Source: an uncultured Ilumatobacteraceae bacterium (GTDB lineage: Bacteria > Actinomycetota > Acidimicrobiia > Acidimicrobiales > Ilumatobacteraceae). From it: DNA of 35,502 nt. The notes beneath the pieces are model-generated. The model was not told the DNA's origin. It worked only from the letters and a program-made list of their open reading frames with translations, and ran no database searches. The stretch lies in NCBI GenBank assembly GCA_965601935.1, contig CBFCWZ010000001.1, positions 1 through 35,502 on the forward strand, in the 5' to 3' direction. Each line of letters starts with the position of its first letter. Position 1 is the stretch's first letter. Of the stretch, positions 16,005-24,351 are shown in pieces. The position numbers and the translations under genes were made by a program.

Positions 16005-16967
16005 ATGAGCTTCGTCAAAGGCGCGATGAACCTCAAATTGCTCGGCCACGCCGCCGCCAACCGGGATGCCGAGATCCGGCTCCGCAACGAAGCGACCGGC
16101 GAGCAGATCACGCGCAAGCCGTTCCTCGACGGCTCGCTGGTGGTCCGCGACATCGACCCCGGCCAGTGGCAGGTGGAGGTGATCCACCCGAACCTGATCG
16201 AGCCGCTGTTCCAGGATCGCGTCCGCGTGATCCCACAACCCCGGCCGATCTATGTGCCGGTTCCCGTCCCGTCGACCCGCTTCGAGGACAACCCCATCCG
16301 CGACCTGCCCGACGCGGATCTCACTCCGATTCAACAGTCGGCGAGTGCCGTCCGCAGCGCGGTGGCCCCGATCGCCGGCAAGGCACCCGGCGAGGTGATC
16401 CGCGCCGACGACTGGAACCAGCTCGTCGCAGCCGTCAGCGACCTCGCGGGATCGGTGTTGGAGTTGACCCGGCTGGTCAGTCCCAGCGGGCACGACCACC
16501 CCGAGATCGCGGCCAAGATCGACGAGGTCCAGGGCAACATCAGACGGTTCGTCGAGTCGTTCGGCCGCAGCCTGCTCGAGCTGCGCCGCGACATCGAGAA
16601 CCAGAGTGTGCGCCGTGCGACCACCGACATGCTCGACCTGGCAGGTGTGGTCGGGCCGGCCCGCGACTCGGTGCTGCGGCGGATGGACGACCTCGAGCTG
16701 TCCCTGCAGGCCACGCCGACGGAGTTCACCCGCAAGATGTCGGCAACGGGGGCGGCTCTGGCGTCGGAGGTCAACCGGATCGCCACGACGCAGGGCACGG
16801 AGGCGGAGGTGTTCCTCGCCGCGCCCGAGACCAAGCGGGTGCTGGTGATGGCCGAGCAGCTGAGCACCAGCGGTGTCCAGACGGCGCCAGAGGAGGAGCT
16901 GGAGACCTATCGCCGCACAGGGCTCGCCGCGGGCGGTTCCAAGTTCACGTTCGCCACGCGGCGTTGA
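16005..16967 (+). CDS. Fibre-like protein with an N-terminal CarboxypepD_reg-like beta-sandwich, an ADDWN...HxH module and a helical C-terminus
   Basis: ATG at 16005 after GAGGAGGG. AEIRLRNEATGEQITRKPFLDGSLVVRDIDPGQWQVEVIHPNL looks like a carboxypeptidase-regulatory-type domain. PGEVIRADDWNQLVAAVSDLAGSVLELTRLVSPSGHDHPE is shared with the next gene. Confidence 0.5.
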   Translation: MSFVKGAMNLKLLGHAAANRDAEIRLRNEATGEQITRKPFLDGSLVVRDIDPGQWQVEVIHPNLIEPLFQDRVRVIPQPRPIYVPVPVPSTRFEDNPIRDLPDADLTPIQQSASAVRSAVAPIAGKAPGEVIRADDWNQLVAAVSDLAGSVLELTRLVSPSGHDHPEIAAKIDEVQGNIRRFVESFGRSLLELRRDIENQSVRRATTDMLDLAGVVGPARDSVLRRMDDLELSLQATPTEFTRKMSATGAALASEVNRIATTQGTEAEVFLAAPETKRVLVMAEQLSTSGVQTAPEEELETYRRTGLAAGGSKFTFATRR

Positions 16968-16994
16968 GCCGCGTCAACCGCGAAGGAAGGGTTC

Positions 16995-18554
16995 ATGTCC
17001 AACGTTGCCGAGATCGAACGGATTGCCGCCCTCGTGGAGCGACTGCTCCCGCTGCGCGACCGTCGGCCGGGTGAGCTCATCGAGGCCGACGACTGGAATG
17101 TCGTGGTCAAGGCGCTCCTCGAGGTCGCCCGCGCCGTGGTCACCGAGGCGGAGACGGCCGTCGCGCCACACAGCCACGCCGACCAGGTCACCGCAGCCTG
17201 GCTCGACCCGGTGTTGCGCGCCCGCCTGGAGAAAGGTCCGCTCACCGATCCGGGGTCCGTCGCCCGGGTCGCCAAGCTCGAACGCACGATCCACGCTCTC
17301 CGCGCCAACATCGACGGCGTGGCCGGTGACCTCACCGGTGTCCGCGCCGCGGCGAACCGCCTGGAGGCGGCCGACCTCGCCCGAGAATCGAACCTGACCC
17401 GGGTCACCCGCAAGGTCGACGGGCTCGACGACGCGCGCGACGCCGTCACCGACGTTCGATCCACGCTCGCCGTTCTGCAGACCGACCTCGATCGCGTGTC
17501 CACGTTGGCCCGCGATCTCGAGGTGGACGGCGACACCATCTCGATCTCCTCGCTCGTCGATCGGCTGGGGGCGCTCGAGGGCTTGCGGACGCGGCTGACC
17601 GGACCGGACGGCGAGGAACTCAACGCGACGACCTTCGCACTCCGGCTCGCCGAGCTGGAGAACACTCTCGTGACGGAGGAGGAGCTCGACGAGGCCCTCG
17701 GCAACGTCCGCGACGACTCCATCTCAGATGAACTCCGCGCGCGGTTGGTCGCCGATGCCCGGACCGCGGCGCGGGAGCAGGCGGACGCCTCGAACACCGA
17801 GCTGGAGGGACGGCTGACCACCGACATCAACGCTCGGCTCGCAGCTGCGGAGAGCGCAGCGACCGCGGCCGCGGCCACCCGCGCCGAGGAGATCGGAGGA
17901 CAACTCGCCGATCAGCTCCGCGCCGAGCTCACCGCCGACATCTCCGCCGGGGACGACGCCGTCCGCGGCACGATCGACGAGGCACTGAGCTCTCTCACCA
18001 CGACGATTCGGACCGAAGTCGACGGGCAGCTCGGCCTTCTCCGCGGCGACCTCGAAGCGAACATCTCCGACGGGCTCGGCAACCTCCGCGAGGAGCTCCG
18101 GGCGACCATCGACGAGTCGATCACCAGCCTCACCTCACGGGTCGACCCGCTCGCCGGGCAGATCGCAGCCGCGGAGAAGGCCAGCGCCACCGCCTCGGCG
18201 CGTGCGGAGGAGCTCGCCCGCGAGCTCGCCCGCACGAGGACGACTCTCACGGATCTGGTCGAGGAGCGCGTTGCCGCAGCCAGGGCTGCCTCCCGCGCCG
18301 ACGCCTTCGCCGCCGACTCGAAGGTCACATCCGGCATGCGCGCCGAGATGGCCGCCGAGCGACAGCGGGTCGACCGGGCCCTCGCCGAGATGCAGAAACG
18401 GATCCCGCGGCTGGTCGATGAGCGCGTCACTACCGCCCGCACCGAGATCGAACGCGACCTCGACGCCCGGATCGACGAGACCCGCACCTCACTCGACGAG
18501 CTGCTCCGCCGTACCGAACGCATCACTCGCCCCGACCTCCGCCGTCCGCAGTAG
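16995..18554 (+). CDS. Long coiled-coil protein carrying the same ADDWN...HxH N-module (fibre shaft or ruler candidate)
   Basis: ATG at 16995 after GAAGGAAGGG. The N-terminus PGELIEADDWNVVVKALLEVARAVVTEAETAVAPHSHAD is paralogous to 16005-16967. The remaining ~440 aa are an uninterrupted D/E/R/L/A/T-rich heptad-like sequence, e.g. LRAELTADISAGDDAVRGTIDEALSSLTTTIRTEVDGQLGLLRGDLEANISDGLGNLREELRATIDESITSL. Confidence 0.6.
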   Translation: MSNVAEIERIAALVERLLPLRDRRPGELIEADDWNVVVKALLEVARAVVTEAETAVAPHSHADQVTAAWLDPVLRARLEKGPLTDPGSVARVAKLERTIHALRANIDGVAGDLTGVRAAANRLEAADLARESNLTRVTRKVDGLDDARDAVTDVRSTLAVLQTDLDRVSTLARDLEVDGDTISISSLVDRLGALEGLRTRLTGPDGEELNATTFALRLAELENTLVTEEELDEALGNVRDDSISDELRARLVADARTAAREQADASNTELEGRLTTDINARLAAAESAATAAAATRAEEIGGQLADQLRAELTADISAGDDAVRGTIDEALSSLTTTIRTEVDGQLGLLRGDLEANISDGLGNLREELRATIDESITSLTSRVDPLAGQIAAAEKASATASARAEELARELARTRTTLTDLVEERVAAARAASRADAFAADSKVTSGMRAEMAAERQRVDRALAEMQKRIPRLVDERVTTARTEIERDLDARIDETRTSLDELLRRTERITRPDLRRPQ

Positions 18555-19460
18555 GTGGTCGTGCTCACGGACTTCGAATCCCGTCTCGCCGACTTCCTCG
18601 GTAGCGGCCTACCCGCCCCCTTCACCGGCCGTGTCGAGGTGGCGCCCGGACCGGCTGCGAGCAACCAGCCCTCGATCACGGTCGCTGTGGTGGAGGCCCG
18701 CCGACTCGCACCCGACTTCGGCAGCACCCGTCCTGAACAGGCACCGGGTGCGGACGACCCGCGCCGCGTCGTGCGACTCGACTGCGACGTCGCCATCGAG
18801 GTCCGCGCGGCGACGAACCAGGGCCGCCCCCAGGCGGTTGCCGGGCTCGACGCCCTCCTCTACGAACTCGACCGCCCGGAGCTCGCCCGGACACCCACGC
18901 TGGAGTCACCCGCCGACGATCCTGGCTTCGTCATCGAGAGCCTGGAGGTCACTTCGGCCCGGACCGCCCCCGAGGAGGGTCTGCCGCGCCTGCTGCTCCA
19001 CGTCGTCGGCTGGTTCTGGCCACCGGATGCGCCGGGAATCACCGGCGCACCCATCGCCGAGGCCCGCGTGCGGACGGTGGCGAGGCCGGTCGACCTGGCC
19101 CCGTGGCCGCTCCGGCTGCGTGCCGGCGACGGGTCGATCGCCCTGACACTGACCACGTCGGCAGGCGGAACCACCCTGCTCGACGGGCAGGGTGTCGCCG
19201 CCGACAGCTTCGGGGCCGTCGCCGTGCGCGTGATCGACGCCGGCGGCCGGCCGGGAGCGGGAACTCTCGCCGGAGGCGACTCCGGGCCGCCGGGGAGCCG
19301 CCTGATCGCGCTGACCGACGGGACGGCCACCGTCGAGTACGTCCCACCGGCCGAGGCCGCCACCGACCACCTCGTCGTGTCCGTCGCCCGTCCGGACACG
19401 GGCGACGGCGCGGAGATCGGAATCGAACTCGCACGCTTCTCGATCGAGGTGACTGCCTGA
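18555..19460 (+). CDS. DUF4255 (Pvc16/Afp16-type) tail terminator/cap protein with a C-terminal beta-rich extension
   Basis: GTG at 18555 abuts the previous TAG. The N-terminus VVLTDFESRLADFLGSGLP...VEVAPGPA...PSITVAVVEARRLAPDF...VRLDCDVAIEV fits the DUF4255 pattern (short N-terminal helix, then 'V.fs.P......p.i.l.L..') seen in CIS cap proteins. The C-terminal ~150 aa look Ig-like: IALTLTTSAGGTTLLDGQG...VAVRVIDAGG...TATVEYVPP... Confidence 0.5.
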   Translation: MVVLTDFESRLADFLGSGLPAPFTGRVEVAPGPAASNQPSITVAVVEARRLAPDFGSTRPEQAPGADDPRRVVRLDCDVAIEVRAATNQGRPQAVAGLDALLYELDRPELARTPTLESPADDPGFVIESLEVTSARTAPEEGLPRLLLHVVGWFWPPDAPGITGAPIAEARVRTVARPVDLAPWPLRLRAGDGSIALTLTTSAGGTTLLDGQGVAADSFGAVAVRVIDAGGRPGAGTLAGGDSGPPGSRLIALTDGTATVEYVPPAEAATDHLVVSVARPDTGDGAEIGIELARFSIEVTA

Positions 19461-21055
19461 TGATGATCGACGCCGTGCTGCTCCTCGCGAAGTCGGCGGT
19501 CTCGGTCCAACTGCCCGTCTTCACGACCCTGGCGCAGGCTGCCCTCCTCCCGATCCTCACCACCCGTGACTGCGGCCCCGAGCCGATCCGCATCCCGTTC
19601 GACTGGGAGCCGCTCGCCGGCACGGACGGCATCGAGGTCGACCCGACCGTGCTGCGGATCGGGCCCCCCGGCTGGAACGCCGCACCGATCCCGCTCGGCG
19701 AGATCGTCCATCGTGCCGACGCGGGGCAGATCGTCGTCGAGATCCCGGCCGGTCACCGGGTCCGCAGCCTCCATCTGGCCGGGCTCCGGGATGCCACCGC
19801 CGACGTCGACCTCTCCGACGAAGCAGACCTCGACGACTGGCGCCTGGCCGTCACTCCTGTCGACCCGTCCGGGCGGTACTTCGCTCCGGTGGTCACGGTC
19901 CCCGCCGTCCGGGCGCGTGGCCAACGCGCAGCGATGTTCGTCGGCGGCTCGTTGCACGACCGCACCCTCAGCCTCCCCGACCTCGAAGCAGCATCCATCC
20001 GCCTCGCGCTGGTGAAGGGCGAGGCACCGGAATTCACCGACTCCCACACCCTCGAGGTCGACCGGGTCACCGGGTGGGCGGCACCCCATCCGCACGGCCT
20101 CACCGTGGCGGGGCCGGACGGAGCCACGCTGTGGTCGTTCCCGGAGACGCTGCTCCCGGGCACCCCGACCGCCGACGCGGACCTCACCGTCGGGGTGCAG
20201 GGATTCCTCGACGCCGCGTTCGCCGCGGGTGGGCCCCTGGGCGGCGAGGTCACCGTCACCGCGGCCCGTCCGGGCCGGGTCGGCCTGTCGATCCCCGCCG
20301 TGCGTGGTGCGTTGCTCCGCAACGTGTCCGGTACGACGACCGCTGCGCTCGCGGGCGACCCGACCGGCGTTCCGCTCGACGGAGACCTGCCCGCGGAGCT
20401 GCCCTCGTCGGTGGTGGCCGACGTCCACGTCCGCTACGACGGAATCCGGCTCGCCGAGATCTCCGACCTGCTCCCCTCCGACCGTGCCGTGGCAGGAACC
20501 GTCGTCGGAGCCGAGCCCGTCGTGCGTGTGCTGCCGCCCGGCGCTCTCCGCGACGAGCAACTGGCTCGGGTCGGAGTCGTCGGACGTGCCCCGGCCGCCT
20601 GCGAGATGTCGATCCACGTGGTCGACTGCTCGCCCGGGGCCGACCACGCCCCACTTGCTCCTCCCGCCGTGTCGACCGTCGGCGCCTCGACCGCGTCCGA
20701 CGACTTCGAGGTCGTCTGGGCGACATTCGATCCGCCGCTCCCGATCGACCGGCCGATCGGGATCTCGGCCACGGCCACCACCGGGACCTTCTGGTGGGTC
20801 GGCGAACCCGATCCGCTCGTACGACTCGCGATCATCGATCCCGACCCGGGTGGTCGGCCGATCCTCCTCGCGGGCGAGACGCTCCTGACCCTCGACGAGC
20901 CGACCCTCACCGTCACCCGTGCCAGCCTGCCCGGCGCCGGGTTCGCCGGGGGTGCGAGCGCGTCGGCGCCGCTCACGCTGGCCAGCGCCCTCTACTGCGC
21001 GATCGAGCTGACCGATCTCACGCTTCGCTACGCGCGACCGAAGAACGGCACATGA
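19460..21055 (+). CDS. Hypothetical protein (531 aa), no family recognised
   Basis: TGATG overlap with the cap gene, followed by two consecutive ATG codons. Codon bias is consistent with coding. The N-terminus MMIDAVLLLAKSAVSVQLPVFTTLAQAALLPIL is hydrophobic. I could not assign the rest to any family. Confidence 0.55.
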   Translation: MMIDAVLLLAKSAVSVQLPVFTTLAQAALLPILTTRDCGPEPIRIPFDWEPLAGTDGIEVDPTVLRIGPPGWNAAPIPLGEIVHRADAGQIVVEIPAGHRVRSLHLAGLRDATADVDLSDEADLDDWRLAVTPVDPSGRYFAPVVTVPAVRARGQRAAMFVGGSLHDRTLSLPDLEAASIRLALVKGEAPEFTDSHTLEVDRVTGWAAPHPHGLTVAGPDGATLWSFPETLLPGTPTADADLTVGVQGFLDAAFAAGGPLGGEVTVTAARPGRVGLSIPAVRGALLRNVSGTTTAALAGDPTGVPLDGDLPAELPSSVVADVHVRYDGIRLAEISDLLPSDRAVAGTVVGAEPVVRVLPPGALRDEQLARVGVVGRAPAACEMSIHVVDCSPGADHAPLAPPAVSTVGASTASDDFEVVWATFDPPLPIDRPIGISATATTGTFWWVGEPDPLVRLAIIDPDPGGRPILLAGETLLTLDEPTLTVTRASLPGAGFAGGASASAPLTLASALYCAIELTDLTLRYARPKNGT

Positions 21056-21056
21056 C

Positions 21057-24000
21057 ATGACAGTGATCGAACAGCTGGCGACGCTGGACTTCGCCACCAT
21101 CGACGACGCACTCGGGCGCGTGCGCACCGCCGTCGACGTCGATGGCGAACTCGACCTCGGTTCCCTCGATGTCGGTTCACTGCTCGGCGATCTCGGACCG
21201 CTGATCGAAACGGTCGAGCAGATCGACAACGACCCTGAGGCGATGCTCGTGCTCGCCCGGTCGGTGCTCGACGACCTCGGCGCGATGTTCGACCTCCCCG
21301 ACGTCGCCGAGTTGGGTGAGCTGGTGGAGGCCATCGCCGCGCTGACCGATCTGATGACCGGTGTCGTCGACGTGCTCACGAGTGGTGACGGACATGAGCT
21401 CGTCGATCGGCTCCTCACCGAGGTCGGGCAGTCACTCGACCTCTCGACGCTCATCGCCGACGTCGTGGGTCGCTCCGCGGACGCCCTCGGCTTCGACGTT
21501 CCCGACGTGCTGGAGGACGCCCTCGACCAGCTCGCCCGGCTCGGCGGGGGCATCGACGACCCGGCTGTTCTGGCCGAGGTCGTGTTGCGGAGCATCGGCG
21601 GGTTCGATCTGGGCGCGATCTCGGCGCTGGCCGTCGGCCTCTCGGGGTCGCTCTCCATCGTCGCCGGTGCAGGCGACCACTCGCGCGTCGCCGGGCTCCT
21701 GGTGTCGCTCGACGTGGAGATCGACGCGGCGATCGCCGCCGCCGGACCGGCCGACGACCTCGAGATCGAGACGCTGGTCGGTGCCGTCGAGCAGGTCTCG
21801 GACACCCTCGACCTGCTCGCCTCGACCGAGTTGCCACGTCTCGTGAACGGCGTTGCAGCCGATCTCCGGAGCGCCCGCAACCAGCTCACCGACCTCGACC
21901 TGGCGTCGAGCCTCGACGACCTGCGGGCCCATCTGCCCGAACGCGGCATCGACTCGCTCGAGGTGCTCGTCGGGCCGCTGCGCGAGATCGCCGCCGCCCT
22001 CGACACCGTCACCTCCGGGTCGATCACCGCCGGCCTCGCCGAGGCCCGTGGAGAGCTCACGAAGTTCGCCACGGAGGGCCCTCTCGGGGATCTGCTCGAC
22101 GGCATCGAACGGGGACAGCAGCTGGTCGTCCGCCAGATCCGTGCACTCCCGCTCGAAGAGGTACGCGACACGGTGGTCACCGCACTGCGCGAGCTCCAGA
22201 ACGAGATCCTCACGTTCCGAGGTTTCGACGTGCTCGACGAGATCGTGGCACCGATCCGTGCACTCGTTCCGCCGCTCCAGGAGCTCGACACGTCGTCCGT
22301 CGAGAACGCCGTCGACGAACTCGTCGCGATGGTCAACGGGGTCTTCTCGGACTTCCCGATCGAGCAACTCCGCGACGCAGTCGACGAGGTCGTCGACCCG
22401 CTCGGCGAGATCATCGATGAGGCGACACCACTGATCGAGGGGATCGCCGACGAACTGGAGGCGCTCGTGGTCCAGATCGACGCGATCGACTTCGACGCCG
22501 CAGGGGCGCAGGTACTGGAGGCGCTGTCGGCGATCCGCTCCGAGGTGCAGGGGGCACTCGACGGTGGCCAGGTGCCCGACGCCCTGAAGGCCGTGATCGC
22601 CGGCGTCGCGTCGACCCTGAAGGCGATGGACCTCGGGGTCGAGCTGAGCGAACCCTTCGAGGCCGCCATGGCCGAGATCGACGTCGGCGCGCTGCTCGAA
22701 CCGATCGAGGAACTGTGGTCCGACCTCGGTGCCGCTCTGGAACGGGTCACGCCCGAGGCCCTGATCGGTGAACTCGACCCACCCTTCGACGACCTGCTGG
22801 CGAAGCTCGACGACATCTCCCTCGCCCCGCTCACCGACGCGCTGAGTGACGTGTTCGACCGCCTACTGGGCGCGATTCGCAGCGCCGACCCACGTACCCT
22901 CATCGCTCCGCTCGAAGCAGAATTCCAGCAACTGCTCGCCACGCTACGAGGGCTGCTGGATCCCGCTCCTCTGTTCGCTCCGCTGCGCCACGCGTACGAC
23001 GAGTTGCACGGAAGCCTCTCCTCGATCGACGTCGAGGCCGCGATGAACGAGGTGCTCGGGGGCATCTCCGACTCGCCGACCATGCTCACCGAGGCAGTGG
23101 GGCAGGAACTCGGCCGCCGCGCCGAGGGTGGTGCCGCCCTCCCCGAGGCCACCGACGAGCTGTTCCGCTTCGGCGACATCATCCGGCCCCTCGCCGCCCT
23201 CGTGGCCGAGATCCGCGGCCGCCTGCACGGTCTCGGCCGGGACGTCGTGGGTGAGGGCCTCGGCCTCGTCGCCGACGCGACCAGGACGCTCCGGTCACTG
23301 CTCGACCCGGCCGACGGAATGGCGACCCGGCTGGCAGCTGCCCTCGACGAGCGCCGGGGCTGGTTCGACGCGACCGCCGGTGACGGTCCGCTCGCCGCCA
23401 CCCGGGCGCGACTGGTCGGCCTGCAGTCGGCGCTCGACGGGCTCACACTCGAGGCGGCTGCCAGGGCGCGCCTCGACGCGGCCATCGGCCCCGTCCGGCT
23501 GGAGGCGCGGGTGGAGCTGGAGGCGTCCGTGACCGCACCGGCGCTCGACGAGGCCGGGCGCGTCGATGCTGCGGCCTCGCCGGGCGGCGTCGGGCGCAGC
23601 ATCCGGCTGCTGACCCGCGCCCTCGACGAACTCCTCCCCGGCCCGCTGCTCGATGAACTCGTCGACCCGCGTGAGGAAGTGGCCGGCTTCATCGACGCAC
23701 TCATCGACCCACTCGATCCTGCGCCGCTGGTGCAGGAGCTCGATCAGATCGGCGAGCAGATCTCCACCACGCTCGCCGGGTTCGTCGACGAGCTCAGCGT
23801 CGGTCTCCTCGATCTCTGGGACGAGCTGATCGCAGGGATGCAGCCGCTCATGCCGACGAGCCTGGCGGCGCGGCTCCAGGCCGTCGTGACCGCGGTCGCC
23901 GAGGAGTTGACGGCGCTCGACCCCGGGGTCATCGAGGTGGAGGCTCGTCAGGTCGTCGACGTGGCGGTGGACCTGCTCGCCCTGCATTCGCCGGCCACCG

Positions 24001-24350
24001 TCGCGGAGGAGTTGGGTGATGTCTTCGATGTCGCCGTGGCAATCGTCGAGGAGCTCGATCCCGCAGATCTCTTGGGCGATCTCGATCCCTTCGCCGGCCT
24101 GCGCTCCGACCTCGAGTTGCTGCGGCCGTCCGTCGTGCTGGCCCCATTGGTCGAGCGGACAGCGGCCCTCACCGACGCGCTCGAACTCGTCGCGTCGATC
24201 GACCTCGACATCGCCGGAGAGCTCGTCGCCCGGCTCGAGGCAGCATTCTCCTCCGTGCTCGAGGGCGTGGAGCGCGAGTGGGACGGCCTGTTGGACGAAC
24301 TCAGTGGGCTGGCGGGCGGAGCCTCGACGAGTGTCAGCGTGGGAACGTGA
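21057..24350 (+). CDS. Hyper-acidic, Leu/Asp/Glu/Ala-rich helical-repeat protein (1097 aa), function unknown
   Basis: ATG lies 1 nt after the previous stop. By my reading there are only 4 Lys and no Cys in 1097 aa. About 23 Asp+Glu against 3 Arg occur in the first 100 residues. Recurrent degenerate motifs include L(D/E)P..L...L..L...LD.. (e.g. LLEPIEELWSDLGAALERV, LIAPLEAEFQQLLATLRGLLDPAPLFAPLRHAYDEL, LIDPLDPAPLVQELDQIGEQI). Confidence 0.7.
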   Translation: MTVIEQLATLDFATIDDALGRVRTAVDVDGELDLGSLDVGSLLGDLGPLIETVEQIDNDPEAMLVLARSVLDDLGAMFDLPDVAELGELVEAIAALTDLMTGVVDVLTSGDGHELVDRLLTEVGQSLDLSTLIADVVGRSADALGFDVPDVLEDALDQLARLGGGIDDPAVLAEVVLRSIGGFDLGAISALAVGLSGSLSIVAGAGDHSRVAGLLVSLDVEIDAAIAAAGPADDLEIETLVGAVEQVSDTLDLLASTELPRLVNGVAADLRSARNQLTDLDLASSLDDLRAHLPERGIDSLEVLVGPLREIAAALDTVTSGSITAGLAEARGELTKFATEGPLGDLLDGIERGQQLVVRQIRALPLEEVRDTVVTALRELQNEILTFRGFDVLDEIVAPIRALVPPLQELDTSSVENAVDELVAMVNGVFSDFPIEQLRDAVDEVVDPLGEIIDEATPLIEGIADELEALVVQIDAIDFDAAGAQVLEALSAIRSEVQGALDGGQVPDALKAVIAGVASTLKAMDLGVELSEPFEAAMAEIDVGALLEPIEELWSDLGAALERVTPEALIGELDPPFDDLLAKLDDISLAPLTDALSDVFDRLLGAIRSADPRTLIAPLEAEFQQLLATLRGLLDPAPLFAPLRHAYDELHGSLSSIDVEAAMNEVLGGISDSPTMLTEAVGQELGRRAEGGAALPEATDELFRFGDIIRPLAALVAEIRGRLHGLGRDVVGEGLGLVADATRTLRSLLDPADGMATRLAAALDERRGWFDATAGDGPLAATRARLVGLQSALDGLTLEAAARARLDAAIGPVRLEARVELEASVTAPALDEAGRVDAAASPGGVGRSIRLLTRALDELLPGPLLDELVDPREEVAGFIDALIDPLDPAPLVQELDQIGEQISTTLAGFVDELSVGLLDLWDELIAGMQPLMPTSLAARLQAVVTAVAEELTALDPGVIEVEARQVVDVAVDLLALHSPATVAEELGDVFDVAVAIVEELDPADLLGDLDPFAGLRSDLELLRPSVVLAPLVERTAALTDALELVASIDLDIAGELVARLEAAFSSVLEGVEREWDGLLDELSGLAGGASTSVSVGT

Positions 24351-24351
24351 G

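Noticed and set aside
18860-23704. 1614-aa minus-strand ORF, the second-longest ORF in the track after the 2035-aa ORF at 24016-30123
   Set aside because: It is entirely antisense to four well-supported plus-strand genes. Its translation is monotonous S/R/A/P/T low complexity with no motifs. This is the typical stop-free antisense frame of very GC-rich coding DNA.
24016-24351. First 112 codons of track ORF 24016-30123
   Set aside because: These codons overlap the well-supported 3' end of the acidic-protein gene in another frame. ATG 24352, 1 nt after that gene's stop, fits the operon's coupling pattern.
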